A DNA stretch of 64,000 bases from Acutalibacteraceae bacterium (GTDB lineage: Bacteria; Bacillota; Clostridia; Oscillospirales; Acutalibacteraceae), in NCBI GenBank assembly GCA_045649005.1, contig JAZRPC010000078.1, positions 7,393-71,392 on the forward strand, in the 5' to 3' direction. Below are positions 55,600 to 64,000 of the stretch, one piece after another; positions within the stretch are counted from its first letter, which is position 1; the number at the start of each line of letters is the position of its first letter. Under the pieces are notes generated by a model. The model made no database searches and was not told the DNA's origin. It saw nothing but the letters and a program-made list of their open reading frames with translations. Position numbers and translations under genes: made by a program.

Positions 55600-56628
55600 G
55601 TGGCAGACCTTACCGAGCGCAAGAAAAAAATTCTTGCCATCATAATTGAACGTTATATCGCCACGGGTGAGCCCGTCGGTTCAAAAACAATCTGCTCCGA
55701 AATGGGTAACGCCGTTTCATCTGCAACAATCAGAAACGAAATGGCAGACCTTGTCGATTTCGGCCTTCTTGAACAGCCCCACACCTCCGCCGGCAGAATC
55801 CCCTCACAGGCAGGCTACAGATACTATGTTGACAATCTGATGTCCGCTTATGAGCTCGGGGTTGAGGAGCAGGAGCGAATCAAAATCTGGCTTCAGTCCT
55901 TTGCAGGCGAGCCCGACAAGCTCCTTGAAAAAGCGAACAGCATCCTCGCCGAGCTTACGGATTGCGTGGCAGTTTCATCCTCACCGGCAGACAGTGAGGC
56001 ATTCATAAAAAGAATTGAGCTTGTTCCCCTCAGCTCACACACGGCTATGATTGTTCTTCTCGCAACCTCAGGTATTTTAAAAAGCACGGTTGTCAGAAGC
56101 GAGGCTGAAATAAACGTTGATATCGCTGAGGTGTTCTACAACATAACTCAGAACTACTTCATTGACAAAAACGTTTCAAACATAACCGTTACGTTTATTC
56201 AGACTCTTGTTGCTTCTCTCGGTGAGCGTGTGTTTATAATGTCGCCGTTTCTGTGTGCTATCGCCGATTTGTGCAAGGCTGTTAAAACCACCGACATCCA
56301 CCTCAAGGGTCAATCAAACATATTAAACCACAGCGAATTTTCCGACGATGCTTTTTCTATTATGGATTTTCTTTACAGAGAAACCCCGATTGAGAATATG
56401 CTCAACGCTCAGAAAAAGCCCCTAAGCGTCTCCATCGGAACAGAAAATATATATAAAGAGTTGAAAAAATCCTCAACAATTTTCTCAAAATACTCCGTGG
56501 GCGACCGTGACAGCGGCTCAATCGGAATAATCGGCCCCACAAGAATCGATTATGCAAGGCTCATTCCCAGCATAAGCTATCTTGCGGGAGTAATCGGAAC
56601 TCTTCTTTCCGAAACGTTGGACGAATAA
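55600..56628 (+). CDS. hrcA: heat-inducible transcription repressor HrcA
   Basis: GTG start after AAGAGGTGA. The N-terminal winged helix is ERKKKILAIIIERYIATGEPVGSKTI. Operon context also supports the call. Confidence 0.93.
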   Translation: MADLTERKKKILAIIIERYIATGEPVGSKTICSEMGNAVSSATIRNEMADLVDFGLLEQPHTSAGRIPSQAGYRYYVDNLMSAYELGVEEQERIKIWLQSFAGEPDKLLEKANSILAELTDCVAVSSSPADSEAFIKRIELVPLSSHTAMIVLLATSGILKSTVVRSEAEINVDIAEVFYNITQNYFIDKNVSNITVTFIQTLVASLGERVFIMSPFLCAIADLCKAVKTTDIHLKGQSNILNHSEFSDDAFSIMDFLYRETPIENMLNAQKKPLSVSIGTENIYKELKKSSTIFSKYSVGDRDSGSIGIIGPTRIDYARLIPSISYLAGVIGTLLSETLDE

Positions 56629-56655
56629 CATACCATTTATATAGGAGTGAAAACA

Positions 56656-59108
<2,453 letters not shown>

Positions 59109-59181
59109 TAAATAATTCCAAAAAGACGGCTCTTCACGAGCCGTCTTTGACGGGATATATTCCTAAAAGAAAGGAATTATT

Positions 59182-60336
59182 ATGGCAGATAAACGAGATT
59201 ATTATGAGGTGTTGGGCGTTGAAAAAAGCGCAACACCCGACGACATAAAAAAAGCTTACCGCAAGCTTGCCAAGCAATACCACCCCGACCTTAACCCCAA
59301 CAACAAAGAGGCTGAGGCAAAGTTCAAGGAAGTTAACGAGGCATACGAAATTCTTTCGGATTCAGACAAGAAAGAAAAGTATGACCGCTTCGGCTTCGCA
59401 GGAGTTGACCCAAGCTATGCTGCAGAGCACGGCGGCGGTTTTGGTGGCTTTGGCGGCGGCTTCGGCGGTATGGAGTTTGATTTGGGCGACATTTTCGGAT
59501 CATTCTTCAACGGCTTTGGCGGTGGCGGCAGAAGCAACCCCAACGCCCCCCGCAGAGGTAGTGACATACAGGCTAACGCATTTCTCACTTTTGAAGAGGC
59601 TGCAAAGGGATGCAAGAAAACAATCGAATTTCAACGCATCGAGCAATGTGACGAATGTGGCGGTTCAGGTGCCGCAAAGGGCTCTTCACCCCAGACCTGC
59701 CCCGACTGTAACGGCAGAGGTCAGGTCAACGTTCAGCAGAGAACACCCTTCGGCACAATCAGTACATCAAAAACCTGTCAGCGTTGCGGCGGTAAAGGTA
59801 CATTCAACCCCAACCCCTGCTCACGCTGCAAGGGTGCAGGCAGAATCAGACGCACCGTTAAAAAGGACATCAACATTCCCGCAGGCATTGACGACGGTCA
59901 GATTTTCAAGGTCAGAGGCGAAGGCAACACAGGTCTCAACGGTGGCCCCGCAGGTGACCTTGGCGTTGTTGTCTCTGTTAAGCCCCACCCCTTCTTTGAG
60001 CGTGACGGCTACAACGTTTGGTATGAAACAACAGTAACCTTTGTTCAGGCGGCTCTTGGTGACAAATTGAGAGTTCCCACACTTGACGGCAACGTTGAAT
60101 ACGAGCTTCCCGCAGGCACACAGCCCGGTGACATATTCAAGCTCAAGGGCAGAGGTATCCCTGTGCCCAACAGCTCAAGACGTGGCGACCAGCTCATACA
60201 GGTTTCTGTTGATGTTCCCAAAAATCTTAACGAAGCACAAAAGCAAGCACTTCTCAAATTCAACGAAACAATGGGCAACAAGCCCGTTCAACCCGAAGAG
60301 AAAAAAGGCTTCTTTGGCGGCAAAAAGAAAAAATAA
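59182..60336 (+). CDS. dnaJ: molecular chaperone DnaJ
   Basis: J domain with the HPD motif (YHPDLNP), a G/F-rich region and four CxxCxGxG zinc-finger repeats. Confidence 0.97.
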   Translation: MADKRDYYEVLGVEKSATPDDIKKAYRKLAKQYHPDLNPNNKEAEAKFKEVNEAYEILSDSDKKEKYDRFGFAGVDPSYAAEHGGGFGGFGGGFGGMEFDLGDIFGSFFNGFGGGGRSNPNAPRRGSDIQANAFLTFEEAAKGCKKTIEFQRIEQCDECGGSGAAKGSSPQTCPDCNGRGQVNVQQRTPFGTISTSKTCQRCGGKGTFNPNPCSRCKGAGRIRRTVKKDINIPAGIDDGQIFKVRGEGNTGLNGGPAGDLGVVVSVKPHPFFERDGYNVWYETTVTFVQAALGDKLRVPTLDGNVEYELPAGTQPGDIFKLKGRGIPVPNSSRRGDQLIQVSVDVPKNLNEAQKQALLKFNETMGNKPVQPEEKKGFFGGKKKK

Positions 60337-60341
60337 AGAAG

Positions 60342-60379
60342 ATTCCCGCACAACTTTTTTGTTGTGTGGGAATTTTTTT
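60342..60379. terminator. bidirectional terminator after dnaJ
   Basis: Stem attcccgcacaac / gttgtgtgggaat with a T6 loop, followed by T6. Confidence 0.8.
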
Positions 60380-61109
60380 AACGATTAAACTTCGATAAAT
60401 CTATATTAATTCCGCCATTTCCCGTTGTAGTCGGGGTGGGCATGTATGGTATGAGCACCTCTGCAAGGTTGCAGATAGGCATAGACTGAACATAGACCTT
60501 ACCGGGGCCGGTAACCTTTGTGTTAAACACACCCTCGCCACCGAAAAGAACGTTTTTGACGCCCTTTATTGTCTGAATCTCAATGGTACAGGTTTCGCTC
60601 ATTGCCGCAAGGTGACCCGTGTCAATTATAATACTCTCGCCAACGCCAAGTGAATATTCCTTACAATGGCCGTCTATCTCAACAAACACAACGCCGTTAC
60701 CGCTGACCTTCTGCATAATAAAGCCCTCGCCACCAAAGAAGCCCGTGCCGAATCTGTGGTGAAAGTGAACAGAAAGGTCAAGACCCTTCTCCATAGCGAG
60801 AAAGCCCTTACGCTGAATGATTATTCCGCAACCGGGTGTAACCTCAAAGGGGATTATTGACCCGGGGAAGCTTGACGAAAACGCTATCATTCCCATGCCG
60901 GAAACAGAAGTGTATTCATTAAGGAAAATCGACTCACCGGAAAACATTCTGCCGAATGCCTTTTTAAGTCCCCCGCCTGCATTTGTAGCCATCTGCATAT
61001 TGGGGCTCATCCAGCTCATTGAGCCACGCTCGGTGCAAAGAGTCTGCCCCTCCTGTGGGTAGCATATAACAACAGGCAGCGTGCCGCCTTCTATTTCATA
61101 TCTTAACAT
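60378..61109 (-). CDS. AIM24/TIGR00266 family protein (DUF124)
   Basis: 243 aa with the typical pattern GSMSWMSPNMQM...FSGESIFLNEYT...GGEGFIMQKVSG.G.VF and VQSMP. Confidence 0.75.
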   Translation of the reverse strand: MLRYEIEGGTLPVVICYPQEGQTLCTERGSMSWMSPNMQMATNAGGGLKKAFGRMFSGESIFLNEYTSVSGMGMIAFSSSFPGSIIPFEVTPGCGIIIQRKGFLAMEKGLDLSVHFHHRFGTGFFGGEGFIMQKVSGNGVVFVEIDGHCKEYSLGVGESIIIDTGHLAAMSETCTIEIQTIKGVKNVLFGGEGVFNTKVTGPGKVYVQSMPICNLAEVLIPYMPTPTTTGNGGINIDLSKFNR

Positions 61110-61243
61110 ATCAAAGCCTCCTTATATTATCTTTATATTTTCAAAGTAACACAATATTCCGCCAAAGTCAATTAAAAATTGTTGTCAACATCAAAGGGCT
61201 ATGATACAATGATTACAGTTAATCGGAAAGGGAGTGACAGAAT

Positions 61244-61987
61244 TTGGCTGACGAATTACAGATACTCAAAAACCGCTTCAACGATTTGTATGAAAGGTCA
61301 AGAAGCCGCAATATTTACTGCTACAGCGATTTTCTGAATTTATATGAGCAGACTGTTCTTCTTTCACAGTTCAGATTCGGCTTTTCTCTTTTCGGCGGCT
61401 ACGAGGATGCCGAAAGAAAAATTGCGATTTTCGGCACACCAAACGAAATGGGATATGAGTCTGACCCGCCATTAAAAATAATCAAGGCTTCTCCCCTGTC
61501 ACAAAAATTCTCAGACGAGCTGACTCACCGTGATTTTCTCGGCTCACTTATGGGTCTTGGCATAAAAAGAGAAACCCTGGGAGATATAATAATAGCCGAC
61601 AACTGCGGCTACGTTTTCTGTCTCGAGACTATGGCACAATTTATAATCGATAATCTCCTTACTATCAGGCGAACAAGCGTCAGCTGTGAATTTTGCGACA
61701 CACTCCCCACAGATGCTCTCCCGAAACCACAGGAAAAGCTCATAATAGTTTCATCTATGCGACTTGATGCATTGATTTCTGCCGTTTATAATCTCTCAAG
61801 AACAAAAAGCGCCGCCCTTGTGGACGGCGAAAAGGTCTTTATAAACAGCAAGCTTTCCACAAGCACCTCAAAGGCCGTTGAAGTGGGCGAAACCGTCTCC
61901 GTAAGGGGCTACGGCAGATTCCGTTGCACCGAAATACAGGGCGATACGAGAAAGGGCAGAGTCAGGATATTGTGCGAAGTATATTGA
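61244..61987 (+). CDS. YlmH-like RNA-binding protein (S4 domain)
   Basis: TTG start after GGGAG. The pattern is FLNLYEQ...F.LFGGYEDAERK...HRDFLGSLMGLGIKRE, with a C-terminal S4-like RLDALIS segment. Confidence 0.7.
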   Translation: MADELQILKNRFNDLYERSRSRNIYCYSDFLNLYEQTVLLSQFRFGFSLFGGYEDAERKIAIFGTPNEMGYESDPPLKIIKASPLSQKFSDELTHRDFLGSLMGLGIKRETLGDIIIADNCGYVFCLETMAQFIIDNLLTIRRTSVSCEFCDTLPTDALPKPQEKLIIVSSMRLDALISAVYNLSRTKSAALVDGEKVFINSKLSTSTSKAVEVGETVSVRGYGRFRCTEIQGDTRKGRVRILCEVY

Positions 61988-61988
61988 A

Positions 61989-62090
61989 AGTTGCAAATTG
62001 CAAGTGGCAAGTGGCAAGTTTCGGGGCGCAAAAATGCGCCAATTATAATTAAGCGAATTCAAATGTAGGGTACGGTCTTGACCGTACCGC
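61989..62090. repeat. second locus of the hairpin / CAAGTGG repeat family
   Basis: ttgcaaattgcaagtggcaagtggcaag (61991-62018), small hairpin ggcgca-aaaa-tgcgcc (62025-62040), and hairpin ggtacggt-cttg-accgtacc (62069-62088) preceded by tgtagg, as at 50494. Confidence 0.7.
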
Positions 62091-62109
62091 AAAGAAAGGA
62101 TTGTATTAT

Positions 62110-63036
62110 ATGAAAACAATGAAACTCGGCAAAAGCGGCGTTGACGTGCCCGTAATTGCAGTTGGCTGTATGCGAATGGCTGACAAAACCGTTGACGAAG
62201 CAAAAGAGCTTCTCGACACCGCAATGGGTGCGGGGCTCAACTTTTACGACCACGCTGACCTTTACGGCGGCGGCAAAAGTGAAGAGGTTTTTTCAAAAGC
62301 AATCGGTATGAACGACGATGTTCGTGAAAAAATAATTCTTCAATCGAAATGCGGTATCTGCCCCGGCAAGGTTATGTTCGATTTTTCAAAGGAGCATATA
62401 ATAAAATCAACCGAGGGCTGCCTTAAACGATTGGGCACAGATTACCTCGATTTTCTTCTTTTGCACCGCCCCGACACACTCTACGAGCCCGAGGAGGTTG
62501 CAGAGGCATTTGCAATTCTTAAAGAAAGCGGTAAGGTTAAGCATTTCGGTGTTTCAAACCAGAATCCGATGCAAATGCGTCTTTTGCAAAAATACCTTGG
62601 CGAAGAGCCCATCTGTGCAAACCAGCTTCAATTCAGCATCACCGATTGCCACATTGTAAAGCATGGCCTTTATGTTAATATGAGAGAAGACAACGCAATA
62701 GACCGTGACGGCGGTGTGCTTGAATATTGCAGATACGAGGACATTACAATCCAGGCATGGTCTCCCTTCCAATACGGCTTTTTCGAGGGTGTTTATGTTG
62801 ACAACCCCGATTTCCCCGAAATCAATGCAAAGCTTCAGGAATTAGCCGATAAATATGGGGTTACAAAATCCACAATCGTTATTGCATGGATTCTTCGCCA
62901 TCCCGCAAAAATGCAGCCCTTAACAGGCACAATGAACCCCGAAAGACTTCTTGAATGTGCCGCCGCAAGCGATATCACCCTCACAAAGCAGGAATGGTAC
63001 GAAATCTTTTCAAGCGCAGGAAATGTTATTCCGTAA
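62110..63036 (+). CDS. aldo/keto reductase
   Basis: AKR pattern (GCMRM, FYDHADLYG, LLLHRPD, GVSN). The ATG at 62110 lies inside the track ORF that starts at 62101. Confidence 0.85.
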   Translation: MKTMKLGKSGVDVPVIAVGCMRMADKTVDEAKELLDTAMGAGLNFYDHADLYGGGKSEEVFSKAIGMNDDVREKIILQSKCGICPGKVMFDFSKEHIIKSTEGCLKRLGTDYLDFLLLHRPDTLYEPEEVAEAFAILKESGKVKHFGVSNQNPMQMRLLQKYLGEEPICANQLQFSITDCHIVKHGLYVNMREDNAIDRDGGVLEYCRYEDITIQAWSPFQYGFFEGVYVDNPDFPEINAKLQELADKYGVTKSTIVIAWILRHPAKMQPLTGTMNPERLLECAAASDITLTKQEWYEIFSSAGNVIP

Positions 63037-63056
63037 GGGCAAAGTTTCACTTTGCC

Positions 63057-63186
63057 TCGATATAAATCCTGATGAATTTTCGATATATCTTACGATTCGA
63101 TATACCTTCGGTTCTATATGTGCCTTTCGGCACGAGATAATAAGGATTTATATCATATCGACTTTAGCAACGCTAAATATATCGAA
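63057..63186. repeat. cluster of five (T)TCGATAT(A) motifs, three direct and two inverted
   Basis: Direct copies: ctcgatataa (63057), ttcgatatat (63079), ttcgatatac (63097). Inverted copies are at 63156-63161 and 63177-63186; the latter is the exact reverse complement of the 63079 10-mer. gatataaatcc (63059) and ggatttatatc (63144) form an additional inverted repeat. Confidence 0.6.
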
Positions 63187-63254
63187 CAAGCTTGCTTGTA
63201 TATTGATAATACCATGCGAATTTCGGAATACAAATAAATTAAGGAGGTAAACTA

Positions 63255-63854
63255 ATGAAAATAAAGAGCAATAGCAAACTAAGAATTATTATTTTTCAAA
63301 TTTGTGCGGTTATCTTTTTTCTTTTAGGAATAGCCGGGCGCATTTTACAAAAGCACGACTATGATTTATTGTTCCTAGGAAGACCAATCATAGCTTATTT
63401 TTTTATGATTTGTTTTCTTTTATCTTACTCAACTGAGTTTTTAGTGATATCACTTTTATTTAAAAAAACCAATAAGGCATCCTTTTTCCTTACATATATA
63501 ATTTTAATACCATTAACTTTATTTCATATATACTGTATGATCATTTCATTACCCTCGGACGTAACTACAAAAATGTATAAATACCCCGAATTCGACACAA
63601 CAATAGTAATAGAAAATGGTGATGACCTTTTTGGTGATTATTCACGAATATACGAAACAAAAAATAAAATTCTTCTCAAGTATATTACTGTTTTAGATGG
63701 CACCCCTTCACCACTTGGATATGAAACTTCGTATGATGTGGAAATTAAAAATAATAAAATAATTTATACTTATAACGATGATTTCGATGAAACCGTCAAA
63801 AATCAACTTATTCTTGAATATGAAAACGGACATTTCAAAGAAGTAACCGACTAA
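63255..63854 (+). CDS. hypothetical membrane protein in AT-rich DNA
   Basis: 199 aa with three N-terminal TM helices. AAGGAGG RBS. It is visibly more AT-rich than its neighbours. Confidence 0.55.
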   Translation: MKIKSNSKLRIIIFQICAVIFFLLGIAGRILQKHDYDLLFLGRPIIAYFFMICFLLSYSTEFLVISLLFKKTNKASFFLTYIILIPLTLFHIYCMIISLPSDVTTKMYKYPEFDTTIVIENGDDLFGDYSRIYETKNKILLKYITVLDGTPSPLGYETSYDVEIKNNKIIYTYNDDFDETVKNQLILEYENGHFKEVTD

Positions 63855-63859
63855 CAAAA

Positions 63860-63896
63860 ATGAGCTGTAAAAAACTTTCGTTTTTTTACAGCTCAT
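63860..63896. terminator. bidirectional terminator
   Basis: Stem atgagctgtaaaaaa / tttttttacagctcat with loop ctttcg. Confidence 0.75.
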
Positions 63897-63901
63897 CTCT
63901 T

Positions 63902-64000
63902 TTATATTTTCCTAACCTTAATTACGTCTTCGTTAGCATCGAGTGCTTTAACAACCGCATCGGGGATTTTGTCAGCAACAACAAGTGTATATGCAAAATC
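63902..64000 (-). CDS. 3' end of a gene running in from the window edge (ACT-domain-like C-terminus)
   Basis: My own translation is ...DFAYTLVVADKIPDAVVKALDANEDVIKVRKI*. This resembles the terminal strand-helix-strand of ACT regulatory domains. Only 32 codons are visible. Confidence 0.3.
   Translation of the reverse strand, partial: DFAYTLVVADKIPDAVVKALDANEDVIKVRKI

Noticed and set aside
59430-59540. GGC/GGT/TTC-rich short tandem repeats.
   Set aside because: They encode the Gly/Phe-rich linker of DnaJ. This is not an independent repeat element.
59267-60037. 256-aa ORF on the plus strand inside dnaJ.
   Set aside because: It is an alternative frame of a gene with unmistakable DnaJ motifs. 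Its composition is low-complexity (Ala/Thr/Ser/Pro-rich), typical of an off-frame read-through, and it has no RBS.
61991-62018. Possible mini-CRISPR or telomere-like tandem repeat (CAAGTGG x2-3).
   Set aside because: It is far too short, has no spacers and has no cas genes. I report it only as part of the intergenic repeat family.

Overview
This window is a chromosomal segment from a spore-forming Firmicute, with Clostridia-type content. All family calls come from motifs read by eye, with no database search.

Most of the window is housekeeping. I see no tRNA, rRNA, CRISPR, transposase or integrase.
- Sporulation: spoIIIAA-AH, spoIIR, yabP-yabQ-divIC-yabR.
- Heat shock: CIRCE-hrcA-grpE-dnaK-dnaJ.
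- Translation: rplU-prp-rpmA.
- Other: phosphoglucomutase, mcsA/mcsB, Trk potassium uptake, YfhO, cysK, thiI, galE, a GH13 amylase, a polysaccharide deacetylase, ispE, and others.

The stand-out region is about 23.3-35.3 kb. It holds three T-box leaders whose specifier positions I read as CUC (Leu), AUC (Ile) and GUA (Val). None of them drives an aminoacyl-tRNA synthetase or a classical ilv/leu gene. Each drives a different AMP-forming acyl-CoA synthetase.
- The Leu operon encodes an isopropylmalate-synthase-like protein that has lost its catalytic metal ligands but keeps the LeuA regulatory domain. It also encodes a TIM-barrel::acyl-CoA-ligase fusion and an amidohydrolase.
- The Ile and Val leaders drive two tandem HTH-cupin::acyl-CoA-synthetase fusions.
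- The Val operon continues into a P-loop protein, a 2x[4Fe-4S] ferredoxin and the first ~50 codons of a 2-oxoacid:ferredoxin oxidoreductase alpha subunit.

My hypothesis is a tRNA-sensing regulon for salvage of branched-chain fatty acids into Leu, Ile and Val.

The oxidoreductase gene is cut off. It is fused in frame, at a GGTGGCGG microhomology, to the 3' third of a nifS/iscS gene that sits in front of thiI. This is either a deletion scar or a misassembly.

Other points:
- comM/yifB is frameshifted in a C8 homopolymer.
- An unclassified structured leader with a terminator lies at 22.70-22.86 kb.
- A cluster of unannotated micro-ORFs lies at 2.19-2.74 kb.
- A GC-rich palindromic hairpin repeat family occurs at two loci.
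- An iteron-like TCGATATA cluster precedes an AT-rich gene at the 3' end.
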